Source: Flavihumibacter sp. (GTDB lineage: Bacteria > Bacteroidota > Bacteroidia > Chitinophagales > Chitinophagaceae). Taken from it: a stretch of 49,925 nt of DNA. A program made the translations under genes and the position numbers. A model generated the notes under the pieces. The model had not been told where the DNA came from, did no database searches, and saw only the letters and a list, made by a program, of their open reading frames with translations. Positions within the stretch are counted from its first letter, which is position 1. Each line of letters begins with the position of its first letter. Shown in pieces: positions 8,778 through 20,100 of the stretch. The stretch covers positions 1 through 49,925 of the forward strand of contig JASGFZ010000001.1 in the NCBI GenBank assembly GCA_047605345.1, given 5' to 3'.

Positions 8778-11700
8778 ATGATAGGGTTTATCCAGAAGAT
8801 ATTTGGTGGCAGCAAATCGGAAAAAGACATCAGGGGCATCCAGCCCATTGCTGTCAAAACGAACGAATACTTCGCTGCTTTTCAATCACTTACGAATGAT
8901 GAGCTGCGTGACAAAACGGTCGATTTCAAAAGCAGGATCCAGGACCACCTGAAAGAAACCGATGCCGAAATCGCCCGGCTGAACGCCGAAGCCGAGGCCC
9001 TGCCCTTCACCGACTTCAACGGCAAGGAAGCCATCTACCAGGAAGTGGATAAGTTGCGTAAAAAACGGAACGAGCAGATCGAAGAAGTGCTGAAGGCCAT
9101 CGCTCCCGAAGCATTCGCCACCATCAAGGAGGCGGCCCGCCGTTTCAAGGAAAACAGCCAGCTGTCGGCTACCGCTACCGAACTGGACCGCCAGCTGGCC
9201 ACCAAAAAGAATTACCTCAAGATCGAGGGCGACCAGGTAACCTACCAGAACTCGTGGACGGCCGCCGGCGGCACCATTACCTGGAACATGGTGCATTACG
9301 ACGTACAGCTCATCGGCGGTTATGTACTTCACCAGGGCAAAATCGCCGAAATGGCCACGGGTGAAGGTAAAACCCTGGTGTCGACCCTCCCCGCCTACCT
9401 CAATGCGCTGGCCGGAGAAGGGGTACACATCGTAACCGTGAACGATTACCTGGCCCGCCGCGACTCCGAGTGGAATGGTCCGCTTTTCGAGTGGCTGGGA
9501 CTGACAGTCGATTGCATCGACAAACACCAGCCCAACAGCGAAGACCGCCGCCGCGCTTACCTGGCAGATATCACCTACGGTACCAATAACGAATTCGGTT
9601 TCGACTACCTGCGCGATAATATGGTGCACAGTCCCGATGAAATGGTACAGCGCCGCCACCATTTCGCCATGGTCGATGAAGTTGACTCCGTACTGATCGA
9701 CGACGCTCGTACGCCGCTGATCATTTCCGGTCCCGTACCCCGTGGCGACGACCAGCAATACCATATCCTCAAACCCCGTGTACAGCAATTGTTCGAAGCA
9801 CAGCGGCAGGTAGTGAATAAAGTCCTGAACGAAGCGCGCAAGAAGATCGCCGAAGGGAACGACGACCCCAAAGACGGCGGACTCGCCCTGATGCGCGCCT
9901 ATCGCGGCCTGCCCAAAAGCAGTGCGCTGATCAAATTCCTGAGCGAGCCCGGCATCAAGGTAAAGCTGCAGAAATCGGAGAACTATTACCTGGCCGACCA
10001 GCAGAAAGAAATGCCTAAGGTAGATGCCGAACTGTTCTTCTATATCGACGAGAAAAACAATTCGGTGGATCTTACCGATCGCGGCATCCAGATGATCACC
10101 CGCTCGGGCGAAGACCCTGAGTTTTTCGTGTTGCCCGATATCGCCTCCAAGCTGGGTGAAATCGAAACCAGCACCCTCACCGCTGAAGAAAAGCTGCAGA
10201 AAAAAGAAAGCCTGCTGAGCGAATACACCCTGAAAGCCGACCGCATCCATACCATCCAGCAATTGCTGAAAGCCTATACCCTCTTTGATAAGGATGTGGA
10301 GTATGTGGTGATGGAAGGACAGGTGAAGATCGTTGACGAGCAGACCGGTCGTATCCTCGACGGACGCCGCTACTCAGACGGTTTGCACCAGGCCATTGAA
10401 GCGAAAGAGAATGTGAAGATCGAAGCCGCCACGCAAACCTATGCCACGGTAACGCTGCAGAACTATTTCAGGATGTACCACAAGCTCTGCGGTATGACCG
10501 GTACCGCCGAAACCGAAGCAGCTGAATTGTGGGATATCTATAAGCTGGACGTGGTAACGGTTCCGACAAACGTAACCGTGATCAGGAAAGACCAGCAGGA
10601 CCTGGTGTATAAAACCAAGCGTGAAAAATATGCGGCGGTGATCGAAGAGATCGAGCGGCTGCGCAATGCCGGCCGTCCGGTGCTGGTGGGTACCACTTCG
10701 GTGGAAGTGAGTGAACTGCTGAGCCGTATGCTGCAGGTGAAAAAGATCCCCCACAACGTATTGAACGCCAAACAGCACGCCCGTGAAGCACAGGTGGTTG
10801 CCGAGGCCGGATTGGCCGGTGCGGTAACCATTGCCACCAACATGGCCGGCCGCGGTACCGATATCAAGCTCGGGCCCGGTGTGAAAGAAGCCGGTGGCCC
10901 GCCATCATCGGTACCGAACGCCACGAAAGCCGTCGCGTTGACCGCCAGTTGCGTGGCCGTGCCGGCGCCAGGGCGATCCCGGTACTTCACAGTTCTATGT
11001 ATCGATGGAAGACGACCTGATGCGTATGTTCGGCAGCGACCGCATCGCCTCGCTGATGGACCGCATGGGTTACAAAGAAGGCGAAGTGATCCAGCACAGC
11101 ATGATCACCAAAAGCATTGAACGGGCGCAGAAAAAAGTGGAAGAGAACAACTTCGGTATCCGCAAACGCCTGCTGGAATACGACGATGTAATGAACAAGC
11201 AGCGGAATGTGGTGTACAAAAAACGCCAGCACGCGCTGTTCGGCGAACGCCTGGCGCTGGACCTCGACAATGCTTTCTATACCGTTTCAGAAGGCGTGGT
11301 CAGCTCTTTCAGGGAACAGGACGATTATGAAGGATTCAAGCTGGCGGCCATCGTCAACTTTGGCCTCGATACAGCCATCAGCCAGTCCGATTTCAAATCG
11401 AAAAACGAGCAGGACCTGGCCGAGATCTTATACAACGAAGCCACGGCCAATTACCAGCGCCGCAACGAGCACCTTAAAACACAGGCGGTGCCGGTATTCG
11501 AAAACATCCGTGTTACACAGGGGCACCATATTGAAAATGTAGTGGTACCCTTCTCCGACGGCAAAAAAGGCATCAGTGTATTGAGCAACCTGCAGAAAAC
11601 CATCGATACCAAAGGCCAGGAACTGGTGAACTCACAGGAAAGAACCATTACGCTGGCATTGATCGACGATGCCTGGAAAGAGCACCTGCGGTCAATGGAC

Positions 11701-12120
11701 GACCTGAAGCAGAGTGTACAAACAGCCTACCTGGAGCAGAAGGATCCGCTGGTGATTTACAAAGTGGAAGCATTTGAGCTGTTCCGCAAAATGGACAGCG
11801 AGGTGAATATCGATATCGTTTCTTTCCTCTGCCACAGCGGTATTCCCATCGAACAGCAGCAGCAACAACAGGCTGCTCCGCAGCAGGTGATCCGCGAAGG
11901 CCGTGAAAGGAAAACCGATATGAGCCGCCTGCACGCCAACAAAGAAGAGGTAGAGGCCCGTGGAGACGACTATGCCGCCAACCAGAACGATTATTTCGAT
12001 CCGAACAGCGGGCCGATCGTGCAGGAACCGGTTCGTGTAGGACCGAAAGTGGGCCGGAATGACCCTTGCCCATGCGGAAGCGGGAAGAAATTTAAGAATT
12101 GCCATGGCGCGAACGGATGA
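8778..12120 (+). CDS. secA: Preprotein translocase ATPase SecA; two 1-nt deletions near 10900 and 10965, likely sequencing error
   Basis: [40 protein letters not shown], (GGL)[22 protein letters not shown](RQGDPG) restored across frames, and C-terminal [19 protein letters not shown] zinc motif. Confidence 0.97.
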
Positions 12121-12125
12121 CAAGT

Positions 12126-12175
12126 GTGGTTTATGGTTTGTGGTTTGTGGTTTGTGGTTGTTTGAGGTTTGAGGG
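12126..12175. repeat. Short tandem heptamer repeats (TGGTTT[A/G], GAGGTTT) between convergent secA and GH130
   Basis: GTGGTTTATGGTTTGTGGTTTGTGGTTTGTGGTTGTTTGAGGTTTGAGG. Confidence 0.8.
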
Positions 12176-12189
12176 TGAAACGGCCATGG

Positions 12190-13353
12190 TCAGTTTCCGT
12201 CAACGGGTAGTGGGTCGGGTTCAGCCGGGTGTGCGGGATCGTAGATGGCTACACCCACTTTCGAATCGGCACAGCCGTAATAGAGGAACCATTTGTTGTT
12301 GAACCAGGTCATGCCTTCAATGAATACGGTTCCGTTTACATACTGGCCGCTTTTTTCAAAAGGCTGCATGGGGCGGAGAAAAGGAAGATCCAGCCGGTCG
12401 ACCAATACCGTCGGGTCGGTTTTGCTGAACAGCATTTGCCCGGCGCAGTAGGCATTACCGGTAAAACGTTTATCGCCTTTGTCGCCTGCATTGTTCTTGC
12501 CATTGTAAAAAAGGATTATGCCTTTATCGGTAAGCAGCGCCGGCGGTCCGCATTCGGTAAGATCGCTGTCGAAATAACCGGCACGGGTAGACGCCAGGGG
12601 CTTCAGCGCTCCTTTTTCGTCGGTCACGGGCGTCCAGTCGACCAGGTTGGTGGAAGTGGCGCCGAATACATGGGTTTCGCCCCAGTACATGAAATAGTGG
12701 CCGTTTATTTGGGTAATAACCTGTTTGTTGTTTTTGATGGTGGTGAGAATGGACGCTGATTTATGGGGAATATTGAAAAAGCGGCCGTTATAGGCATCCT
12801 GGAAAATAGGCCCGTGTTTTTTCCAGTGGATCAGGTCTTTGGAAGTGGCGGCGCCCAGGCGGGGCGTTTTCCGGTTCCACTGCGTATAGAAAAGCACATA
12901 GGTACCATCTTCGGTAACCGCCACCCGCGGATCTTCACAGCCACCCGGCCATTCGTATTCCTGCTGGTCGTCGTTTGACGGGTAAAACACCGGTTCGGAA
13001 CGGCGGGTAAAGTGAATGCCATCGGCGCTTTCGGCATAACCCAGCCGTGAGGTGCGCATGCCGATTTCAATGCCAGTTTTGTCTTCGGAACGGTACAGCA
13101 CTACGATCTTTCCGTTTTTAACAGCGGCGGCCGGGTTGAAGGTGTCGTTGTCCTCCCAATGCACCTTCTTTTTCTTGATGGGATCTAAGAATACGGTTGA
13201 AGCCCTGGGCGAAATAATAGGGTTAACGCCTTCGGGGCGTGCGAAACCACCCATCGCCCAGTCGGGCAGGCGGTTGCTGTTCTGGGAAAAAGAACACAAG
13301 GCGCTGCCGGTGAACAACAGTAGCCACACAGGGCGAAACAATCGTTTGGTCAT
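12190..13353 (-). CDS. Glycoside hydrolase family 130 protein (beta-mannosidase/phosphorylase-like), secreted
   Basis: Signal peptide from MTKRLF at 13353; TFNPAA, GCEDPRV, KSASI, ECGPP, VFIEG and LYYGCADS five-bladed propeller motifs. Confidence 0.87.
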   Translation of the reverse strand: MTKRLFRPVWLLLFTGSALCSFSQNSNRLPDWAMGGFARPEGVNPIISPRASTVFLDPIKKKKVHWEDNDTFNPAAAVKNGKIVVLYRSEDKTGIEIGMRTSRLGYAESADGIHFTRRSEPVFYPSNDDQQEYEWPGGCEDPRVAVTEDGTYVLFYTQWNRKTPRLGAATSKDLIHWKKHGPIFQDAYNGRFFNIPHKSASILTTIKNNKQVITQINGHYFMYWGETHVFGATSTNLVDWTPVTDEKGALKPLASTRAGYFDSDLTECGPPALLTDKGIILFYNGKNNAGDKGDKRFTGNAYCAGQMLFSKTDPTVLVDRLDLPFLRPMQPFEKSGQYVNGTVFIEGMTWFNNKWFLYYGCADSKVGVAIYDPAHPAEPDPLPVDGN

Positions 13354-13436
13354 TTGCGATTCTTTAAAGTAAGTGAGAACGAATCTCAAACTAATGATAA
13401 AAATCTTTATATTAATGTGCCATTTTTTGTTTTGAT

Positions 13437-14771
13437 ATGAACAAGCGCGCATTCCTGAAACGCTGTGCATCTTTTGCACCGGTGCCCTTTGTACAGCAAC
13501 TGCCCCTGCTGGCGCAAACCGGGCGGCTGCAGAACTGGGCGGGCAACCTCACATACAGCACCAATACCATCAGCTATCCTAAAACGGTGGCCGAAGCGGC
13601 CGCTGCGATCGCGCAGCACGAAAAGCTGAAAATACTGGGTACCCGCCATTGTTTCAATACCATTGCAGACAGCCGGCATCGTTTTATTTCGCTGCAGGAA
13701 ATCAAAACGATGGAGCTTAATGAAACGGCAAAAACCGTGCGGGTGGGCGCCGGCATCCGGTATGGCGACCTGGCGCCTTTTCTCGACGGCAAGGGATTCG
13801 CCTTGCACAACCTGGCCTCCCTGCCGCATATTTCGGTAGCAGGCGCTGTCGGCACTGCCACCCATGGCTCGGGCATGGCCCAGGGGAATTTATCAACTGC
13901 GGTTACAGCCCTCGAATTTATCACCGCTTCAGGCGAGATCGTGCGTTTGCAGAAAAGCGACGGAGACGCCTTTAAAACGGCGGTGGTACACCTGGGTGCT
14001 ATCGGCGCGGTGAGCCATGCAGAGCTGGAAGTGCAGCCGCGGTTCGATATGCGCCAGTTTGTGTTTGAGCACCTGCCGCTGGCGGCGCTTACGCAGCATT
14101 TCCGGGAGATCATGTCGGCAGGTTACAGCGTCAGCCTGTTCACCGACTGGCAGCAGGAAAGCATCAATGAGGTATGGGTAAAAGAACGCTGTGATGGCGC
14201 AGGAACGGTGGGAAAAGAAACGACCTTTTTCGGCGCAAAAGCCGCTACGCGTAATATGCATCCTATCGCCGCGCTGCCGGCCGAAAACTGCACTGCGCAG
14301 ATGGGCGTTTGCGGCACCTGGTATGAACGGATGCCCCATTTCAAAATGGGCTTTACACCCAGTAGCGGCAAGGAGCTGCAGTCGGAATATTTTGTTCCGC
14401 TGGAGCAGGCAGTACCGGCTATACTGGCCATCCAGCGGCTGGGCCGGCAAACGGGCCCGCACCTGTTCATTTCAGAGATCCGCAGCATAGCGGCTGATGA
14501 TCTGTGGATGAGCCCCTGTTACCAGCGTCCGTCGATTACCATCCACTTCACATGGAAGCAGGAATGGGAAGCCGTGCGCAAGTTATTGCCGCTTATTGAA
14601 AAAACGCTGGCGCCCTTTCATCCGCGGCCGCACTGGGGCAAGTTGTTCACCCTGCCGAAGGAAACACTTGCTGCCGAATACCCGCAATTGCCGGCGTTCA
14701 GGGAACTGGTAAACCGGTATGACCCCAGGGGTAAGTTCAGGAATGATTTTCTGCAGCAGCATTTGTTTTAA
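13437..14771 (+). CDS. FAD-linked oxidase, alditol/xylitol oxidase (AldO) type, with Tat-like leader
   Basis: NWAGN, LGTRHCFN (His at the covalent-FAD position), NLASLPHISVAGA..TATHGSG, ELQSEYFV, HFTW and RPHWGK. Confidence 0.88.
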   Translation: MNKRAFLKRCASFAPVPFVQQLPLLAQTGRLQNWAGNLTYSTNTISYPKTVAEAAAAIAQHEKLKILGTRHCFNTIADSRHRFISLQEIKTMELNETAKTVRVGAGIRYGDLAPFLDGKGFALHNLASLPHISVAGAVGTATHGSGMAQGNLSTAVTALEFITASGEIVRLQKSDGDAFKTAVVHLGAIGAVSHAELEVQPRFDMRQFVFEHLPLAALTQHFREIMSAGYSVSLFTDWQQESINEVWVKERCDGAGTVGKETTFFGAKAATRNMHPIAALPAENCTAQMGVCGTWYERMPHFKMGFTPSSGKELQSEYFVPLEQAVPAILAIQRLGRQTGPHLFISEIRSIAADDLWMSPCYQRPSITIHFTWKQEWEAVRKLLPLIEKTLAPFHPRPHWGKLFTLPKETLAAEYPQLPAFRELVNRYDPRGKFRNDFLQQHLF

Positions 14772-14880
14772 ACCCATTATTATTGAATTCCTGCGGTCAT
14801 CGGGCAAACAGACCAGGGGCTGGCGTTACCGGCTGACCTCACCAGCAGCATGTAAAACAACAAGCTGCTTATTGGCAAAT

Positions 14881-14931
14881 TTGGATGACATTTCAGTCAT
14901 TTTTACTACTTTTGACTGAAATATCATCCAA
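14881..14931. promoter_or_regulatory. 19-bp inverted repeat, putative operator of the adjacent XRE antitoxin
   Basis: TTGGATGACATTTCAGTCA-N13-TGACTGAAATATCATCCAA (18/19 match), ending just before the likely TTG start at 14933. Confidence 0.7.
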
Positions 14932-14932
14932 T

Positions 14933-15298
14933 TTGAAGAGCAAAAAAACCATCTTATTGCCCTCGGCCGAAAAGATTCTCCGGGATTTAGGCGAAAATAT
15001 CCGGCTTGCCCGCAAGCGGCGGCGGCTGTCTCTGCAGCAGGTGTCAGAAAGAGCGGGTATAGCCCGATCAACATTGGGGTTGATTGAAAAAGGTTCGCCC
15101 GGCGTAGCCATGAGCGCTTACCTGCAGGTACTCTTTGTATTGGGGTTAGAAAAAGACCTGCAACAGGTGGCGGCGAATGACACTTTAGGACGGAAGCTGC
15201 AAGACGCAGGATTATTAGCAGGCAGGGGTTCGGGTCGCAGAAGGGAAAGCCCGTCGCCTCACCCGCGATCACCATACATTTCTGACCAAACGATTTGA
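14933..15298 (+). CDS. XRE-family HTH protein (HipB-like antitoxin); natural C-terminus probably replaced by a deletion junction
   Basis: LGENIRLARKRRRLSLQQVSERAGIARSTLGLIEKGSPGV...LGRKLQDAGLL; the tail after ~15218 reads out of frame over hipA sequence. Confidence 0.85.
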   Translation: MKSKKTILLPSAEKILRDLGENIRLARKRRRLSLQQVSERAGIARSTLGLIEKGSPGVAMSAYLQVLFVLGLEKDLQQVAANDTLGRKLQDAGLLAGRGSGRRRESPSPHPRSPYISDQTI

Positions 15299-15797
15299 TC
15301 GTCGTAAAGAAGACAGAATTCATTTTGCCTCTGCTATGACATTGCTGGGTTACAATGATGGGGCATCTGCCATAACAGGGGTATCTTACTTACACATTGC
15401 CGAATTCATCATGCGCCATGGTGCCAGACCGGACGACGATTTGCAGGAATTGTGGCGGCGAATCGTATTCAATATATGTATAAGCAACAGCGATGATCAT
15501 TTGCGCAATCATGGATTCCTGCTAACTCCCAAAGGATGGGTATTATCACCCGCCTTCGATATCAATCCTATTCCATCGTCTACAGGCCTAAGCCTTAACA
15601 TATCAGAATATAGTAATGCGCTTGATCTTGACCTGGCCAGTGAAGTGGCGGAAAAATTTCGGGTAACTGAGAAAAAACGAGAAGCCATTATTGATAAAGT
15701 CACTAAAACAGCTAGCCGTTGGCAAGAGGTTGCTGCAGGGGTTGGTATTTCCCGGAATGAGATGCAGCAAATGGAACATACATTTTTAATCAGATAG
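15219..15797 (+). pseudogene. 5'-truncated HipA-family kinase toxin (C-terminal half only)
   Basis: Frame open from 15219: QAGVRVAEGKARRLTRDHHTFLTKRFDR..RIHFASAMTLLG...LWRRIVFNICISNSDDHLRNHGFL...LSPAFDINP. In-frame TAG at 15216-15218 and no N-terminal/ATP-binding part. Confidence 0.85.
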
Positions 15798-15800
15798 AAT

Positions 15801-15838
15801 AAAAAAGCCGGCCCTGTATGGGAGCCGGCCTTTTTATT
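15801..15838. terminator. Bidirectional intrinsic terminator
   Basis: AAAAAA-GCCGGCCC-tgtat-GGGAGCCGGC-CTTTTT between convergent genes. Confidence 0.7.
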
Positions 15839-15852
15839 TTACAAATCAATGC

Positions 15853-17160
15853 TTACTTAAGTCCGTACTTCAGCAGGTACCGTGTATTCAACTGCTTCTG
15901 TTTATCCGTCAGGTCGATCTGCCGCCCCTGGATAAAGGCCTGGGTAATTACACTGCTGCGCATGTCGAGTATATCGCCTTCGCTGATAACGATATTGGCA
16001 TCTTTGCCGGGCTCCAGCGAACCGGTTTTGTCGGCAATGCCCAATATCTTCGCGGCGTTCAGCGTCACTGCCTGGAGCGCCTGCTCTTTGCTGAGGCCAT
16101 AGGCGGCGGCGGTACCGGCGTTGAAAGCGAGGTTGCGGCCACGGGTATTGCCGTCTTCATCATTGATGGCAAACAGCACACCTGCTTTCTGTAAAGCAGC
16201 CGGTGTTTTGTAGGGCTGGTCAACATCATCGTCGGCCGAAGTAGGCAGGCTGTGCATCTGGCCCAGGATAACAGCGATATTATTGGCTTTCAGCAACGGC
16301 GCAATCTGGAAGCTTTCGCTGGCGCCCACCAATACCACATCCATACCAAACTCGCGGGCGAAGTCAACCGCAATCAGCATTTCACGAACAATATCGCAAT
16401 GCACAAACAGTTTTTGCGACTTATTGAACAATCCTTTCACCGCTTCATACTTCAGGTTGGTAGCTGTGTGGCTGCTTTCTGCGGCATAGGCTTTTGCTTC
16501 TTTGAAGAAAGTTTTGATCCGCTCCACCTGCTCCAGGCCGCGCTTCAGCGGATCACCTTCCGGCGCCGCCAGCCCCATAAATTCCGCATAGGGATTGGGG
16601 CGGTTCATCAGCTCGGGCATATTGAGGTGAATGCCGTTCTCCATTTTGTAGGCTGCATCTTCCCAGTTCCAGGCATCCAGCTGCACCACCGATGAAGAGC
16701 CGCTGATAAGACCACCCTGCGGACCAATACCGGCCAGCAGAATACCGTTTGAACGCAGGATGTTGATCACTTTCGAATCGGTGTTATAGGCAACGATCGA
16801 ACGGATCGACGGATTGAGTTCACCTAATTCCTTGTAATCGTTGGTGGCACGAACGGCCCCGACTTCCGATAAACCCAGGATGCTGTTCGACAGGATCAGC
16901 CCCGGGTACACATGCTTGCCTTTGGCGTCAAATACCTTCACATCATCCTGCGGAATAGGCATGTCTTTCGCAATCTTCTCGATCTTGCCATTGCTGACCA
17001 TGATAGTGGCGCCCTCCAGCACTTCGCCGGTACCGGTGTGTACAATGCCATTCCTGATAAAGAGCAGGCCCTTATATTCTTTTGCGGGATAAACCGTTTC
17101 CTGGGCCAGCGCCGATACGGCGAATCCGGCGGCGAGGAAAAGGCTGACTATTTTTTTCAT
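15853..17160 (-). CDS. Secreted amidohydrolase-family protein with degenerate metal site
   Basis: Signal peptide MKKIVSL...ALA; DAKGKHVYPGLI, ALQAVTLNAAKILG and GSLEPGKDANIVI; the HxH position reads SNS. Confidence 0.85.
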   Translation of the reverse strand: MKKIVSLFLAAGFAVSALAQETVYPAKEYKGLLFIRNGIVHTGTGEVLEGATIMVSNGKIEKIAKDMPIPQDDVKVFDAKGKHVYPGLILSNSILGLSEVGAVRATNDYKELGELNPSIRSIVAYNTDSKVINILRSNGILLAGIGPQGGLISGSSSVVQLDAWNWEDAAYKMENGIHLNMPELMNRPNPYAEFMGLAAPEGDPLKRGLEQVERIKTFFKEAKAYAAESSHTATNLKYEAVKGLFNKSQKLFVHCDIVREMLIAVDFAREFGMDVVLVGASESFQIAPLLKANNIAVILGQMHSLPTSADDDVDQPYKTPAALQKAGVLFAINDEDGNTRGRNLAFNAGTAAAYGLSKEQALQAVTLNAAKILGIADKTGSLEPGKDANIVISEGDILDMRSSVITQAFIQGRQIDLTDKQKQLNTRYLLKYGLK

Positions 17161-17161
17161 C

Positions 17162-20100
17162 TTAATTGCTTTGGTTGTTTTCGTAATCAATCGCATCCAT
17201 TACCAGCAGTCCGTGCTTGTGATAGTGCTCACTGCAGGTTTGCATTATTTCCATGCTCGCCCTGGCAGGCGCAACAGGCATGCCTGCTTTCTTCTCTCCC
17301 ATCATCTTTTGCACCAGCCGGTTTCTTTCGGCGCTCAGCGCCGCAGCCAGCTGGCGGTCGCGCTCGCGATCGAAATACACAATACCATCAACGATTGTTT
17401 TTTCTGATTTGGCATAAATGCTCAGCGGGTTATCGCTCCACAGCACCAGGTCGGCGTCTTTGCCTACCTTGATGCTGCCCACACGGTCGTCTACATGCAG
17501 CATCCTGGCGGGGTTGATCGTCACCATCTTCCATGCATCTTCTTCTGACACACCGCTGTATTTCACGATCTTGGCAGCTTCCTGGTTGAGGCGGCGGGCC
17601 ATCTCGGCATCATCAGAATTGATGGCTACGTTGATGCCCATCTTGTGCATGATGCCGGCGTTATAGGCGATGGCATCCACCACTTCCATTTTATATGCCC
17701 ACCAGTCGGCAAAAGTGCTCGCATTGGCGCCATGCGCTTTGATCTTATCAGCTACCTTATATCCTTCCAGGATATGTGTAAGGGTATTGAAGGGGAAACC
17801 GAAGCGATCAGCCACCCGCAGGGCTGCCGTGATCTCGCTCTGCACATAGCTGTGGCAGGTGATGAAGCGTTTTTTATTCAGTATTTCCACCAGGGCATCC
17901 AGCTCCAGATCGCGGCGTACCACGCTGAAGGGATCCACTGCCACGCCTTTTTTACCCGCAGTACCCGAAGCGGCCTTAATGGCGTTTTCATAATCACGGG
18001 CACGTGTAAACGCATCCATAAGCACTTCTTCCACGCCCATGCGGGTATCGGGGAAGCGGTTGTTCTGCGCCGAGCTGGAACGTTTTACGTTTTCACCCAG
18101 GGCAAACTTGATGAACGGATCGGCGCCGGCAAATTTCAATCCTTCTGCATTGGCACCCCAGCGCAGCTTGATCAGTTGTGTTTGTCCGCCGATGGTATTC
18201 GCCGACCCATGCAGTATGTGCGAAGTGGTCACCCCGCCGCTCAGCTGCCGGTAAATATTAATATCCTCCGGGTTCAGGTTATCGGCGATGCGCACTTCGG
18301 AAGTTACCGACTGAGCGCCTTCGTTGATCGACTGCACGGCGATATGCGAGTGTTCATCAATGATACCGGCTGAAAGATACTTGCCGGTTCCATCGATCAC
18401 CTGCGCACCGGCATCGGAAAGATTTTTGCCGATGGCGGCGATCTTGCCGTTCTTCACCAATACATCGGTGCCTTCCAGTTTGCCTTCGGCTTCACCGGTC
18501 CACACCGTTGCGTTTTTGATCAGCAGCGATTTAGCGGCAGGCAGGCTGTCCCAGCCGAAGCCGTTGAAAGGATAAGTAACCTTACCCAGTTCTCCGACCG
18601 GTTTCTTTTGCGCGGCATCGGCGGCGGGCGCCCCTGCTTTCAGCAGTGTGCCGGTCCACAGCACCTTATTGCCGGCTGCATCGTCGCCGGTACCCTGCCA
18701 ACTACCGTCGTTGTCAATACCGCTCAGGCGAATGGTTTTCTTACTGCCTTTTGCTTCGGGGAAGCTGATGCGCACAATCTTACCGTCGCTGCTGAATTTG
18801 GCGTCGATGCTGTCTTTACCGACAATTTTCGCGCTGCCTGCGCTTTTTACATCGAGCGTATATTTTGTTGTGCTGTTGAGGGTCAGCTCATACTGACCGG
18901 CAACGGGCGACCAGGTGTCGTTGTTCACCATATAACGCTGGCCCTGTACCCAGTTTTGCAGGATCACTGTTTTTTCATCGAAGAGCGGGCCCGAGGTAAT
19001 CAGGAAGTTGGCGATCTTACCGTTTTCGAGGCTGCCCACCTGGTTGTAAATACCCAGTGTGGTGGCCGGTGTTTTGGTGAGCGCTTCGAGGGCTTTGGTT
19101 TCGGAAAGACCATAAGCCAGGGCCTTGCGAAGATTGGCCAGGAACTGTTTGGTCTCTTTCAGATCGGCTGCCGACAGGCAGAAAGGAATACCCGCTTTTT
19201 CAAAAGCAGCGGGATTGCCGGGCGCCAGCTCCCAGTGTTTCATATCGGCGAGCGAAACAAAACGCGCATCGGCAGGATCTTCCACATCCATGGCCTGCGG
19301 ATAATTCAGCGTAAGAATATAAGTGGCTTTGGATGCCTTGATATCGTTGATGCGCTGGTATTCGTTGCCGCCCCCCTTGATGATGAACTGAACGCCGAAT
19401 TCGTCGCCGATCTTATCGGCACGCAGGTCGGCCCATTTGTCGTTTCCTTCAAATACCTGCGGCAGCGAAAGGTTTTTGCTGAAAGCCTGCAGGCTGAGGT
19501 TCACGCCTTCTTTGGCGGCATTGTTCTGGTACCATTTGGCATCGATAAAGGTTTGCCGTAAAAGCGCGATGGTTCCCATCAGGCTGCTGGGATACGATTG
19601 CGTGGAAGAGCCTTTGCTGAAAGAATAAAAAGCGGCCGCCTGCTCGCGCAGGATGGTTTTGTTTTCTTTTTCGCCTGCAAGGGTCGATACCACGCCGGTA
19701 CCGCGGGCAATACCGTCTTTCACGTGCGACAGTACCGTTCCGAAGCCAATATCACGCAGGGGCTTTGCTTTGGCATCGTCGGTAGTGAACGCAGATACGG
19801 CATCAACGGTTGTACGGATGGCCTGGTTCCAGCCATAGGCGCCTTTGTCGTTGGAAGTGAATTGCGCCGGGGCGCCCCAGTTGGCGCGCGAAGGCCGTGC
19901 AACGGGGGCCAATCCGTAGTCGCTGTACAAATCAATAAAAGACGGATAAATGTACTTGCCTTTGCAATCGACCACCATGGCTTCTTTCGGAATGCTCACC
20001 GATGTGCCTGCGGCGATCACTTTACCTTCTTTTACTACCAGCGTCGCCTGCTGCAGGCTGGTTCCCGGGGCAACCACCAGGGTTGCATTGGTAAAGGCAT

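Noticed and set aside
8886-10262. Long antisense ORFs (458 aa opposite secA; similar ones opposite metZ, atpG, maeB, sucD, susD and lacI)
   Set aside because: Shadow ORFs caused by GC-rich third-position codon bias of well-supported genes; no recognisable motifs.
10890-11005. Programmed frameshifting or a split secA
   Set aside because: No slippery heptamer is present. Two single-base losses in universally conserved motifs are better explained by sequencing error.
11854-11886. Poly-Gln tract (CAG/CAA) in SecA
   Set aside because: It lies in the variable linker before the zinc-binding tail and is in frame with mixed codons, so it is not a phase-variation tract.
14772-14880. Fragment ..GKQTRGWRYRL.. 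resembling a winged-helix C-terminus upstream of the TA relic
   Set aside because: Too short to distinguish from chance without a search.
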